Positions 1 to 12,636 of a stretch of DNA of 64,000 nucleotides are shown piece by piece (the stretch's first letter is position 1; every line of letters starts with the position of its first letter). Under the pieces are notes generated by a model. The model was not told the origin of the DNA and made no database searches. It was given only the letters and a program-made list of their open reading frames with translations. This DNA is from Octopus sinensis. Taxonomy: Eukaryota. The stretch is from NCBI RefSeq assembly GCF_006345805.1, contig NC_043003.1:39184001-39248000 (forward strand). Reading direction: 5' to 3'. Both the position numbers and the translations under genes were made by a program.

Positions 1-59
1 TTCAACCATCAGTATGTTTTTTTTTAGTGTTGTACTAGTGAATGTCTAAAAAAAAAAAC

Positions 60-628
60 ATACGAAAATTATGTTTGTTTTAAAACTTGAGATTATATAG
101 AAAGTATTTTGCGTAGGATATGAGCAGTTCCCATGTGCACTATCTTTTGAATTTCTGCCATTTTTGGGTTTCCTGGTATCTGAGTTAGGTAGCAATCAGC
201 CCCTTTTGCTATCATTCCCAGGGCACTTATGACAACAGGTATTGTTTTAGTCTTCAGGTTCCACATTTTGCTGATTTCTATTTCCAGATCTTTATATTTG
301 CTCAGTTTCTGGTAGGTCTTGACAGATACGTTTATATCGATTGAGACAGTCATATCAATGAGGAGGCATGTTCTTTGTCTGAAGTCTTTCAATATGATGT
401 CTGGCCTATTTGCATCTATCTTTCTGTTAGTTTGAATGGTGAAGTTCCAGAGGAGTGAGATGTGGTCATTTTCAAGCACTGGAGGTGGTTTGTGTTCCCA
501 CCAGTTTTTTTCATGGGGCAAATCCAGGTTTTTGCAAATTACCCAGTGAATGTATTGTGCAGCTCTATCATGCCTGTTTAGATACTCTGTAGGCGCTAGA
601 AGACTGCACTTGGAGACAACATGATCTA
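60..628 (-). mobile_element. Dong/R4-type RLE non-LTR retrotransposon, 5'-truncated 3' fragment (family A)
   Basis: ORF 93-521: LWNFTIQTNRKIDANRPDII..CLLIDM..K..KYKDLEIEISKMW..IPVVISALG..MGTAHILRK (restriction-like endonuclease); upstream ETIDHVVSKC..RHDRAAQYIHW; abuts (ATT)n. Confidence 0.85.
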
Positions 629-633
629 TGGTT

Positions 634-719
<86 letters not shown>
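629..719. repeat. (ATT)n microsatellite
   Basis: About 30 perfect units between two LINE fragments. Confidence 0.95.
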
Positions 720-722
<3 letters not shown>

Positions 723-1615
723 TAGTTTTATTTTTATAGCGTGCTTTCATTTCACTACCGAGCGCAGCTCTGTGTGCCTTGGGTATGTGCTGTGATTTGT
801 TGTGATGCTCTGATGGTTATTGTATGGAAAGTGTTCTGCGTAGGATGTGTGCAGTGCCTAGTAGTGCAATTTTCTGTATGTTATATGTGTTTGTAAGTCC
901 TGGTGTTTTTGTTATGTATTTGTCTGAATATTTTTTATCATGCCTAATGCACCTACTATGATAGGAATTGTTTCTGTTTTCAGATTCCACATTCTAGTTA
1001 CCTCTATTTCCAGATCTTTGTATTTTGAGAGTTTCTACATTTCTTTTAGAGACACGTTGTCATCAGCCGGTATTGATATATCAATTAGAAAGCATTTTTT
1101 TTCTTCATGGTCTCTCACAACTATATCTGGTCTGTTGGCCTTAATTTCTCTATCTGTGTGTATCGGCATATCCCAGAGTATGGTTGCTTTCTCGTTTTCT
1201 GTGACCTTTTCTGGTGTGTGCCTATACCATCTTTTTTCTGTTGTTATTCCATAATGTTGGCATAGCTTCCAATGTATGTAGGTTCCAACTCTGTCATGTC
1301 TGTGAATATATTCCTTCTTAGCCAGGACTGGGCAGCTAGAGATAATATGATTTATTGTTTCTTGTCCATCTCCACATATTCTGCAGTTACTTGTAATATT
1401 TCTTTTCATTACATGTTTTTGGTAATTTCTGGTGGGGAGGCTTTGGTCTTGTGCTGCAATTAAAAATCCTCTGTTTCTGCTTTAAGTCCTGAGCTTCTCA
1501 ACCATTGCTGGGATTTTTCTTTGTCTATTTCTTTTGCGTTTAGTTTAGTCCAGTATTTACCATGAAGGGGCTTTTCTTGCCATCGTTTTATCATGGTTCG
1601 TTGCTGTTCTATTTT
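720..1615 (-). mobile_element. Dong/R4-type RLE LINE 3' fragment (family B)
   Basis: ORF 1035-1409: CRICGDGQETINHIISSC..RHDRVGTYIHWKLC..NRPDIVVRD (CCHC knuckle plus RLE); both ends abut (ATT)n/(TTA)n. Confidence 0.88.
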
Positions 1616-1618
1616 TAG

Positions 1619-1659
<41 letters not shown>

Positions 1660-1663
<4 letters not shown>

Positions 1664-1830
1664 GAGTGAGAGAGCAGTTCATGCCATCAAAGTGACATTG
1701 GGGTACAAATATACGAAGCCCAGTATACCCATCGTGAGAACCTGTCTGATAGGGGTACACCAGACACATACATCACAACCATATGTGCGCGACATGGTGA
1801 TCACATATCACTCTTAACCACTACGCCATA
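1660..1830 (-). mobile_element. Repeat family C 3' end (ends in (AAT)n)
   Basis: gagtgagagagcagttcatgccatcaaagtgac.. recurs at ~2250, 16430 and 63322, each next to an ATT/AG tract. Confidence 0.75.
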
Positions 1831-2039
1831 TGCCCCTTGGCAATTATGGAGTGGGCTTATAAATCTAATATTATCCTATCCTTCCTTAATACCGGTTCCC
1901 ATATGCTACTCATATCTGCACTCGGTCTACTTAGGAGGTTGTTGTGTCCTAGCATATGTGCTGCTTCTTTTAGTTTTCATATTTTCCAGTGGTATTCTCA
2001 GTGGTGTTTTAACTTCATCTCATGTTGTTGTTGTTATTA

Positions 2040-2200
2040 AGGTGACGAGCTGGCAAAATCGTTAAAACGCCGAGCAAAATGCTTCAACGTTATTTCGTCC
2101 GTCTTTACATTCTAAGTTCAAATTCCAACGAGGTTGACATTACCTTTCGTCGTTTCCGGGTCGATAAAGTAAGTACCAGTTGAGCACTAGGAAAATTATT
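2040..2200 (+). mobile_element. tRNA-derived SINE S1 (a-type)
   Basis: A-box-like GGCGAGCTGGCAGAA, B-box GTTCAAATTCC, central gtcgactttgcctttcatcctttcggggtcgataaa domain; more than 30 copies in the window. Confidence 0.85.
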
Positions 2201-2212
2201 GACCGTGTGCCT

Positions 2213-2214
<2 letters not shown>

Positions 2215-2258
<44 letters not shown>

Positions 2259-2915
2259 GCGCATGCTAACAAAGTGACACTTGGTTACAAGTGGGGTTAA
2301 AGGGTATATAAAGGCAATATGAAGGCGGCGAGCTGGCATAAACGTTAGCACGCCGGGCGAAATGATTTGCAGTATTTCGTCTGCCGCTACGTTCTGAGTT
2401 CAAATTCCGCCGAGGTCGACTTTGCCTTTCATCCTTTCGGGGTCGATTAAATAAGTACCAGTTACGCACTGGGGTCGATATAATCGACTTAATCCGTTTG
2501 TCTGTCCTCTCTGTGTTTAGCCCCTTGTGGGTAGTAAAGAAATATGTATATAAAGGCAATGTACCCATCATGACTACCCTCCTGGCAAGCGTACACCAGG
2601 TGCATTCATCACAAACATATATACAAAACATGGTGATCTCTTATCAAGATAAACAGCGTATGACCTTACAGGGGGAGACATTTACAAGTTTCTTCAGGTA
2701 GAGTAACCCTTCCTACTCAAAAAGGGTTTTTAAGGATGATGAACGAAGCATCCATGCTTCCAGAGATGACTTATTCAAACCCCAAAGAATTCCTCTCAAC
2801 ACATGGCTATGATGTTCCCTCACTATTCCTGCTTTTGGTCAGTGATGTACATATAATCAACCACTAAGAGACATGCTCAGCTGATTATGCTCAAGTAAAT
2901 GCCAAGCAAATCTGT
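2215..2915 (-). mobile_element. Repeat family C, interrupted by a SINE
   Basis: Colinear with 16430-16880 on both sides of the nested SINE; terminal GAGA expanded into (AG)n. Confidence 0.75.
2319..2545 (+). mobile_element. SINE S1 b-type, full length with 15-bp TSD
   Basis: TSD gtatataaaggcaat at 2304-2318 and 2546-2560. Confidence 0.92.
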
Positions 2916-2925
2916 GGTCGACTTT

Positions 2926-3348
2926 GGGATCTTTTCGGTTTGAACGACAGTTTTTTCTAGCGGTGTCATATGAAATTGTCATCCATAATTATGACCCTAG
3001 TACCGATCTATTGCATTTCAATCTGTTTTAGGGTTAGAGTTAGTTAGGGGTGGGGAGAAGGGTATCTTTTTTTCTTCACAAATTTAAATAAACCCAATCT
3101 GCTTCTTAAACGAGGGACATATTTATGCGCATAGAATGTTTTTTTTACCTCAACAGACGTCATTGATTGGTTGAAATTGCAGAAATTGAAGAAAAAACAA
3201 CAAATATCTTACAAACTATAGAATTTTCTCACTAAAGCCAAGAGAAAAAGATGTTTTATAAACACATTCTACCAGTATACGAAGTTTAAAAGTGTTTAGT
3301 TACGTGGAAATTATTTTAAAAAACTGCCGTTCAAATCGAAAAGATCCC
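2926..3348. mobile_element. MITE, ~30-bp TIRs, 6-bp TSD, inserted in a SINE
   Basis: TIRs gggatcttttcggtttgaacgacagttttt / aaaaaactgccgttcaaatcgaaaagatccc; TSD gacttt at 2920-2925 and 3349-3354; the SINE sequence resumes after it. Confidence 0.9.
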
Positions 3349-3835
3349 GACTTTGCCTTTCATCTTTTCAGGATCGACACTGGGGTCGATGTTATCGACT
3401 CATCCCCACCTCCCAAATGCTGCCCTTGTGGAAAATTTTGAAATAATTATTATCATCAATAGGACGGCGAGCAGACAGAATCGTTAGCGCGCTGAACGCA
3501 ATGCTTACCGATATTTCACCCGTCGCTACGTTCTGAGTTCAAATACTGCCGAGGTCGACTTTACTTTTCATCGTAAAGGATAGTCGATTACATCGACCCC
3601 AGTACTCAGCTGGTAACGATTCTGCCAGCCTTATTGATGATAATAATGGTTTCAAATTTTGCCAAAAGGGCAGCAATTTTAGGAGAAGGGGATGAGTCGA
3701 TTACATTGACACCAGTGTTCAACTGGTACTTATTTTAATAAGGCTGGCAGAATCGTTACCAGCTGAGTACTGGGGTCATTGTAATCGACTATCTCCCGCC
3801 CTCAAATTGCAGCCCCAGTGCCTATAGTAGAAAGG

Positions 3836-4070
3836 ATTCTTCTTCTTCTTCTTCTTCTTCTTCTTCTTCTTCTTCTTCTTCTCCTCCTCCTCCTCATCCT
3901 CCTTCTTCTTCATCATCGTCATCGTCATCATCATCATCTCCTTCTTCTTCTTCTCCTTCTTCTTCTTCTTCTTCTTCTTCTTCATCATCATCATCATCAT
4001 CATCATCTTCTTCTTCTTCTTCTCATTATTATTGTTATTATTATTTTTATTTTTATTATTATTATATTTA

Positions 4071-4126
<56 letters not shown>
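3836..4126. repeat. Compound (TTC)/(TCC)/(ATC)/(ATT) microsatellite
   Basis: Visible directly; explains the homopolymeric ORFs 3776-4279. Confidence 0.95.
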
Positions 4127-4128
<2 letters not shown>

Positions 4129-4189
4129 TATACACTCAACAGATTATACTGTTGGAAAAGGAACGAATCCTAACATCGGGCTACAACAA

Positions 4190-4516
4190 GTAGCCTTGGA
4201 TACCAAGAATCCTCCTATTGGGTTACAGCAAGTAACTTTAGATGCCAAGAACCCTCCTAAGTATCCTCGATCTCCCTAACAACACTATTTTCTGCAGCTG
4301 TACTAAGCTGGGTTTTATCCCTATTTCCTCTATCCACTTGTTCAGATCTTTAGGGATAATTCCTAATGTACCTATAAATAATTACAGGGTACAATATACC
4401 TGCACTTTCAATACCTAAGTCCTAGTACTTTGCTATTTTTTCTATATTTCTCATATTAATATTTTCATCATTTGGGACTGTAAAGTCAATTATCTGGCAC
4501 TTTCTGTTCTCTTTAT

Positions 4517-4520
<4 letters not shown>
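4190..4520 (-). mobile_element. Decayed Dong/R4-type RLE fragment
   Basis: Minus strand reads VDKENRKCQIIDFTVPNDENINMRNIEKIAKY*DLGIE; flanked by (ATT)n and (TAC)n. Confidence 0.75.
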
Positions 4521-4594
<74 letters not shown>

Positions 4595-4738
4595 TTAAAT
4601 CAGGCCATCTAGCTTCTATTACTTAGTCAGAATGTTAAAGTCCCATAACATCTTGTATTTCTTACTTTCTAGTACTTTACTTGGTTTATGTTCATACCAT
4701 TTATCAGTTTCCATCTCTTGCCGAGTGTCTTCCCAACA

Positions 4739-4787
<49 letters not shown>

Positions 4788-4831
4788 TATTATTATTATT
4801 ATTATTATCATCATCATCATCATCATCATCA

Positions 4832-4867
<36 letters not shown>

Positions 4868-4869
4868 TA

Positions 4870-4901
<32 letters not shown>

Positions 4902-4902
<1 letters not shown>

Positions 4903-5143
4903 GTATGACTTTTGCTTTGTATTTGTACAAGTTGGCTCCAAGTCTCACCCAGAGAGACCTCAAGAGACAACAAGTTAGAAGTTCATGCTGGTGTTATGCC
5001 TAGGTTGACATAGATTTGGTTTCGCAAATAGTATTGTTCTAGAGAATGTTTAAGAAAACATAAGAAAATTATGAGATTGTTTTAAAACTTGAGATTACAT
5101 AGAAAGTATTTTACGTAGGATATGGGCAGTTCCCATGAGCACT
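4902..5143 (-). mobile_element. Dong/R4 family A 3' terminus
   Basis: aaaacttgagatta(c/t)atagaaagtatttt(a/g)cgtaggatatg is shared with 83-140; flanked by (ATT)n and (CAT)n. Confidence 0.8.
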
Positions 5144-5149
5144 CTCTTT

Positions 5150-5495
5150 TATCATCATAATCATCATCATCATCATCATCATCATCATTATTATTATTAT
5201 TATTATATTTGCCAGTTAGGCTCTACAAACACGCACTCACTCAGCCACACTTATATACATATATACAAACATGCATATATTTGTGTGTGTGTGTGTGTGT
5301 ATGAATGTGTGTGTCTGCGTGTATGTGTGTGTTATATATGTGTATATGTGTGTATATTATAGAGAAAGAGAGCAAGAGAGAGAGAGAGAGAGAGCATGGG
5401 TAAGGGAGAGTGAGATACATTAATTTCATAGGGCACCTGCTTCAGAACTCATTTTCTTAATGCATTTTCAAGAGTAGCTGCATGCATGCTGACAG

Positions 5496-5587
<92 letters not shown>

Positions 5588-5813
5588 AAACAAACGTCAA
5601 CCCACATACGAATTTCTAAGGACCTATATAGATATATGTATATTTGCATCTTTATATATGTATGCATGCATATTTGTATATGTATGTGCATATATGTGCG
5701 TGTATATGTATGTGTATGAATACATATATATATGTACGTATGTGTATATATATATATATATATGTGTAGATAGATAGATAGATAGATAGATAAATAGATA
5801 CACATGCATGCAT

Positions 5814-5877
<64 letters not shown>

Positions 5878-5888
5878 ACATACATGCA

Positions 5889-5931
<43 letters not shown>

Positions 5932-6050
5932 ATTGTAAATTCTATGCATTATGAACACCACCGCTACCATCACCACCATTTCACCACTACTGCCAGTTTC
6001 ATCAACATCAGCACTATAACCATCACCACCGGTAGCATCACAACCAACGG

Positions 6051-6091
<41 letters not shown>

Positions 6092-6589
6092 CCATTATTA
6101 CCATCATCACCATCATCATCATCTCTAAAATTAGATGTTTTGATGTCTGAATGAAAATTTACACAACGATGATCGGTGTTACTGAGTGTATGTATAATTA
6201 CTTTGATATTTTTGTTGTTGATTTTGCCTTTGTTGTTGTTGTTGTTGTTATTGTTATTTACACTTAGTCTTGAGTGTTAAGGAGGTCAACGGTGCTTCTC
6301 AGTGCGGCAAATTATGTATTTTTGAACTTCAACATATATAAATGGTCGCATTATCTAAAAGTATTTAACACACGCACACGTATATATAGTCATACACACA
6401 CTCATATGCACATGTACACATGCATACACGCATACACACGCATATAAACACACACACACACACACACAGACACACGCACACCACCACCACCACCACGCAC
6501 ACACACGTATCGAAACCCGTTTTAAAATGACGGTCTGTTAAAGGGATGGTGATTTCACACTGGTGCGAAATCCATTTAAGTGCAGAAAG

Positions 6590-6633
<44 letters not shown>

Positions 6634-6895
6634 GTGACGAAGATGTGATGATGACGATGGTGGGATGATATTTATGATGATGTGATGACGGTGATGATAT
6701 TGATGATGATGATGATGAGGAGGAGGAGGAGGAGGGGGAGACGAAGATGACATGAATAACGACGATGACACCGATGACGGTGATGACATCGATGACGACG
6801 ATGACAACGGTGACGATGACAATGATAATGACTACAACAACGACAGCAGTGATGATGATGATGATGATAATGATGATGATGATGATGATGCATAT
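5150..6895. repeat. Microsatellite block (CA, TA, GA, GATA, CAT, GAT)
   Basis: Visible directly; the ORFs here are repeat artefacts. Confidence 0.9.
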
Positions 6896-7029
6896 GGAAA
6901 CACGTGAAATCTAATGATACGAAGGGACTTATAATGAGGACTTTCGATGTCTACTCCTTATATCCGATAACAAGTAGTGACAGGGTCTATCTAGTCCCTG
7001 AAATAAGGAGCAGTGACCCGATCATCGCA

Positions 7030-7440
7030 TAATATCCAGAGTAGAGTAGAACCTAGAGCAGAGTGTATTGTCTTGGGAAGAATATAGGCTTATATTAAGA
7101 GTTTGATGTTCAGAACAAAGTGCTATGTCTAGGGTAGTGTCAAGTGTCTAAAACATGATGTGGTGTCCAGAGTAAGAAACTCTACCAACCACATGGTTTT
7201 CGGGTTCAGTCCCAGTGCGTGGCACCTTGGGCAAGTGTCTTCTACTATAGCCTCGGGCCGACCAATGCCTTGAGTGGATTTGATAGACGGAAACTGAAAG
7301 GAGCCCGTCGTATATATATATATATATATATAGGGTAGGAAAGGTATTGGTGTCAGAAAGACCCAAAAGGTATCGGGTAAACGCTAAGTATGTCATGAAA
7401 TCTATTTACTGCCTTGGATTTTTAAAATCTCATTTTGTCA

Positions 7441-7539
<99 letters not shown>

Positions 7540-8560
7540 TGTGTGTGTGTGCGTGTGTGTGTGTGTGTGTGTGGTGTGTGTGTGCACGTATGTGTTTGTG
7601 TGTGTGTTTGTCCCTCACCCAACATCGCTTGACAACAGATGCTGGTGTGTTTACGTCCCTGTAACTTAGCGGTTAGGCAAAACAGACCGATAGAATAAGT
7701 ACTAGGCTTACAAGGAATAAATCCTGGGGTCGATTTGCTCGACTAAAGGCGGTGCTCCAGTAGGGCCGCAGACTAAAACAAATAAAAGAATATATCCAGA
7801 ACAGGGCGCAGCGTCTAGTGCCCAGTGTAGAATCTAGAATAAGACTATGTACAGAGATAGGTTATATGTATATAACCTATATAAAGTGCTATGTCTAGAG
7901 CAGTGAGAAGTGTCTAAAACATGATGTGGCGTCTAGAGTGAGAACTGTAACCATAGCATGACATCGTGTCCTGTGTATAGAGATATATCTAGAACATAGC
8001 GCAGCGTCTACTACTAAGACGTGTGTCTAGTGCACAGTGTAGGATCTAGAATAGGTACGAGATATGATCTCTGTACCTATAATATGTATCATATTAAGAG
8101 CTTGATGTTCAAAACAAACTGCTATGTCTAGAACAGTGTGAAGTGTCAAAAACATGATGTGGAGTCTAGAGTTAGAAACTCTATAACTATATGTTATTAT
8201 GTCCGAAGTTTAGAGATAAATCTAGAACAGGGCGTAGCGTCCAGTACTAAGACGTATATGTAGTGCACAGAGTAGAATTTAGAATAAAGAAGTAGATACA
8301 GTGATAAGATATATGTATCATATTGAGAGCTTGATGTTCAGAACAGTGTTATTTATAGAGCAGAGTGAAGTGTCTACAACATGATATGGTGTCTAGAGTA
8401 AGACACTCTAACTATATGATAGTGTGTCCTATGTATAGATATATATTTAGAACAGGGCCCAGCGTCCAGCACAAAGACGTATGTCTTGTGCACAGTGTAG
8501 GATCTAGAATAAAGACGTAGGTATAGAGATGGGAAATATGTATAGAGAAGAGGGTTATGT
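7030..8560. repeat. Degenerate ~190-230-bp minisatellite rich in TCTAGA, split by a SINE
   Basis: tctagaacagggcgcagcgtctagt.. recurs at ~7795, 7990, 8222 and 8450; aagtgtctaaaacatgatgtgg recurs at ~7143, 7909, 8141 and 8368. Confidence 0.8.
7190..7790 (+). mobile_element. SINE S2 (CORE-like), 5'-truncated
   Basis: ggcaccttgggcaagtgtcttctactatagcctcggg core, internal (TA)n(TG)n, tail ..gcggtgctccag..; same family as 18325-18715. Confidence 0.85.
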
Positions 8561-9156
8561 GCGCAAGAAAACTAGAAATTTTAAAATGGAATCATTTTTA
8601 TAATTTATGACATAGGAGACGCTTATCTATAAAACAACATATAGAGAATGGAGGGCGGCAAACTGGCAGAATCGTTAGGTAGCGGGGGTCGACTTTCATC
8701 TTTTCGGGGTCGATAAAATAAATACCAGTTGAGTACTGGAGTCGATGTAATCAACTTACCCCTTTCGCCGAAATTGCTGTCCTTGTACCAAAATTGGATA
8801 TGAGTATATAGAGAATGGGGTATTCTGTTTCTCCACGTTTACTATTTCTCTCTCTTCATAAGCCATACCATGTTTGTGACCGGTCTATAAGAAACTCATG
8901 TTAAGAAACTCTATGATTATTCTGTTACTGAGTGCCATGTTTTGTTGGAAACGACATTTTGTTCATCACTACGGCAAGTGATAATAAGCTAAGGTTCATG
9001 TAAGCAATTTTAGAAATGGTCCTATATCTAATGAAATGAAACCAGTAACTAATGAATGCATTGTGGCGATATTGAAAAGGAACAAGAAATAATCTCCAAA
9101 TGAATCCAGAAAAGAATGACTGCTGCATCTATTTCTCATTATTATTTCTATCAAAA

Positions 9157-9361
9157 GGCGGAGAGCTGGCACGCCGGGCGAAATGCTTAGCAGTATTTCG
9201 TCTGACTTTAAGTTCCGAGTTCAAATTTCACCGAGGTCGACTTTGCCTTTCATCCTTTCTGGGTCGATAAATTAAGTACCAGTTGCGTTCTGGGGTCGAT
9301 CTAATCGACTAGCCCTCTCCCCCAAAATTTCGGGCCTTGTACCTAGAGTAGAAAATATTGC
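9157..9361 (+). mobile_element. SINE S1 a-type with 14-bp TSD
   Basis: TSD tatttctatcaaaa at 9143-9156 and 9362-9375. Confidence 0.9.
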
Positions 9362-10655
9362 TATTTCTATCAAAACCGCAGAGATTTGGCAGAACCGTTC
9401 ATAAGCCGGACAAAATGCTTAGTGGCATTTCGCAATCCGTCTCTATGTTCTGAGTTCATACTCTGTCGAGGTCGATTTTACCTGTCTTCCTTTTGATGTC
9501 GATAAAATAAATACTAGTCAAGTATCGAGGTCTATGTAATCTTCTCGTCGCTTTCAACAAATTTTGGCATTGTACCAAAATTTGAAGCCATTACCGTTTC
9601 TATCAAATTCCAATGAAATTCATGGCTAGTCGATCCAAGTTAATAACCTAGATTAGAGATTCCCAGACGGTGCTTGCAAAAAACCACTATGGGTGCTATG
9701 AATTTGTTAAGATAAATTTTGTGTCAATATACTTGTTACAGCCTTGTATCAAAATACCAGTTCGTGTGACATATTTATATTGTGTATACAAACGTACAAT
9801 GACACAACCTGCACCAGTTTATCTGAGAAGCACGTCACAGAGACATTTGAGTAAAAAATACAAGGCTTTTCTCAGGTTACAGGTTGATCAACCGAAGCTA
9901 TGTTTCGGTCTATTTAGTTTCTTTGGTGACGCATACCCCAGACATTCTCAACGAAGCCGTTAATACTACACTTTCTGATTGATGTGAAAGCGAGCCAACC
10001 GAGAATTAAATTAAAATTCGGACTTTAAACAGCCTCAGATTACAAAATGGGTATATATTTGCAATGTTCAACTTTTAGAAAATCCATACCGTTGCTTGTC
10101 TATCTTAAAAAATGTATGTTCATAATTGTTTAATACAAAAATATGATTAATAAAACAAATCATGCAACGGTTCTTTTAAACTGTTTTGCTAAATTTTTAA
10201 CTGTCCATGCAAAATGCTCCAGTAATTGCTCGTTTGATCCCCATTGTATCACATATTAAAACAAAAAACAAAAGCAACTTGAGAAATACAGATCTAGAGG
10301 ATTGATAAATTTAGGTGATATAGAGACAGAAATAAATGCCCAATGATCAGACTCTGAGATATAGTAGAAGCCAATTTCCTTTATTTGTATTGTTAATCTC
10401 TTTCGTAAGAAAAAAATTATGCCATTGTGTCTAACACTGATGAAGATATAGTACGGAAAATAACAGAGTAATAGGTAGATGAATCCAGGTAAAAGTCGTA
10501 AGAAAAAGTTATAGCGCATTTATATATATATACAAGATATTTAATAAAACGTGTTTTTTGCTCGCGTGTTAGTTGTCAAGTTCTACAAGTGTTATCAGTT
10601 AATACACGCATTTATTATTTGTTTAATTACTTTAACTCTCATTTATGGTATTTAA

Positions 10656-11120
10656 GGCGGCGAGCTAGCAGAATCCTTACCACACTGGGCAAAATGCTTA
10701 GCAGCATTTCGTCCGTCTTTATGTTCTGAGTTCTAATTCCGTCGAGGTCGACTTTGCCTTTCGTTCCTTTCAGGGTGGATAAAATAAGTACCAGTTGAAA
10801 AATGGGGTCGATGTAATCGACTATCCCCCTCCACTAAATTTCAGGCCTAGTGCCTATAGTAGAAAATATTATTTGTTTAATTACTTTAACTATTATTTAT
10901 GGTGTTTAAGGCGGCGAGCTGGCACAATCTTTAACACATCGGGCAAAATGCTTAGCGGCATTTCGTTTGTCTTTACGTTCTGAGTTCAAATTCCGCAGAG
11001 ATCGACTTTGTTTTTCATCCCTTCGGAATTGATAAAATGAGTACCAGTTGAGTACTGGAGTCGATGTAATCGACCTACTCACCCCACCGAAATTGCTGAC
11101 CGTGTGCCAAAATTTGAAAC
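10656..11120 (+). mobile_element. Two adjacent S1 SINEs
   Basis: Heads at ~10656 and ~10910; different tails; each preceded by the same ~43-bp flank. Confidence 0.85.
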
Positions 11121-11249
11121 CATTATTTTCGGTGTATGATTGAACGGCGACAGTCTCTCATGTGGCTTTATTCTGTGACACTATTTCCGATCTTAGTGTT
11201 AGTACGTCCACGTGGATACTGCTCTGTGACAATAACATCACATGCGTAC

Positions 11250-11600
11250 ACTGCGAAGCGTCTATCAAGAATACGAAAGAAATGAATCGCACAGATATCG
11301 CCAGAGTTCCGAAGAAAACCCTTGCTCAGATCAACATTGCAATTCCTTCTTACTAACAGAGTACATGGCTCGAAGTAGAAAAGTTATCAAAGTATCATAA
11401 ATTTGAAACGGAAATAAGGAATAACGGAATTAAATGAAAGTAAAGGTGGAACCGGTGGGATTCTGTCAACTGTGTACAATAAAAAATAGAAAATAAAAAA
11501 CTATAAAAACCATAAACGATATTAATGAACATTTAGAAAATCTATTCTAGGCCATGAGCAACCATATTGGTGAAACGTGCGTAGGAACTATTATATAAAT
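11250..11600 (+). mobile_element. Decayed RLE LINE fragment
   Basis: KNTKEMNRTDI..INIAIPS..EVEKLSKYHKFETEI resembles the NRPDI..IDI.IP..KL.KY..L.EI pattern. Confidence 0.6.
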
Positions 11601-11799
11601 CTATGTTTGTCCTCATTTTCCCTATATTTGTTCTGTAACTGATGACTAGTAATACCACTCAGTATAGAGGTTAGTTAACAACTATACAGGAAACAGATGG
11701 ACTATGATAATCTACATAGAACTCTAAATATATCAGTATCAATTGTACATCTATTTGTATATATAATTTTTACTATGTGTTTGTGTGTGTGTGTGTGTG

Positions 11800-12010
11800 T
11801 TTGTATAGTTTAAATTTACAGAAAACAAACCACGAAGACAGGTGAGGGAACAACAAGCAGATGTATTAGTTTGACGCGCGGTTAGAATAGAAAAGTCTAC
11901 GACGTTCCGCACCTAAGCTCTTCGGCAGAACGGATTGAGAGGGATAAAATGGAGAGAGAACGAAATGAAACCGAAGAGAGAAAAAAATGAATAGGGGGTT
12001 AACGGTTCAA
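11800..12010 (-). mobile_element. Penelope-like terminal repeat with decayed hammerhead
   Basis: Minus strand gtt-CTGCCGA-AGAGCTTAGGTGC-GGAA-CGTCGT-A-gac (11895-11931); related to 23700-23860; abuts a TA/TG tract. Confidence 0.55.
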
Positions 12011-12074
12011 CATAATGAAATGACCATAAGAAAGAGGCTAAGCAAAATATATATATATACATATACTCTTTTAC

Positions 12075-12460
12075 TTGTTTTAGTCATTTGACTGCGGCCA
12101 TGCTGGAGCACCGCCTTCAGTCGAGCAAATCGACCTCGGGACTTATTCTTTGTAAGCCCAGTACTTATTCTATCGGTCTCTTTTGCCGAACCGCTAAGTT
12201 ACGGGGACGCAAACACACCAGCATCGGTTGTCAAGCAATGCTAGGGGGACAGACACAGACACACAAACACACACATACATATATATACATATATACGACA
12301 GGCTTCTTTCAGTTTCCGTCTACCAAATCCACTCACAAGGCATTGATCGGCCCGGGGCTATAGCAGAAGACACTTGCCCAAGATGCCACGCAGTAGGACT
12401 GAACCCGGAACCATGTGGCTGGTCAGCAAGCTACTTACCACACAGCCACTCCTGCGCCTA
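12075..12460 (-). mobile_element. SINE S2, full length
   Basis: Reverse complement of 18325-18715. Confidence 0.9.
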
Positions 12461-12472
12461 TGTATATATATG

Positions 12473-12593
<121 letters not shown>

Positions 12594-12605
12594 ATTATAT
12601 ATATC

Positions 12606-12636
<31 letters not shown>

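Noticed and set aside
3020-3050. Telomere-like TTAGGG
   Set aside because: Only one or two degenerate units inside a MITE; not a telomeric array.
3776-6893. Long ORFs of poly-L/I/H/Y/N and alternating CV/HT/YI (also throughout the window)
   Set aside because: These are translations of microsatellites, with no splice signals or domain content.
10432-10475. CTGATGA..GGAAA
   Set aside because: Stem II cannot close (A opposite G) and there are no stems I or III.
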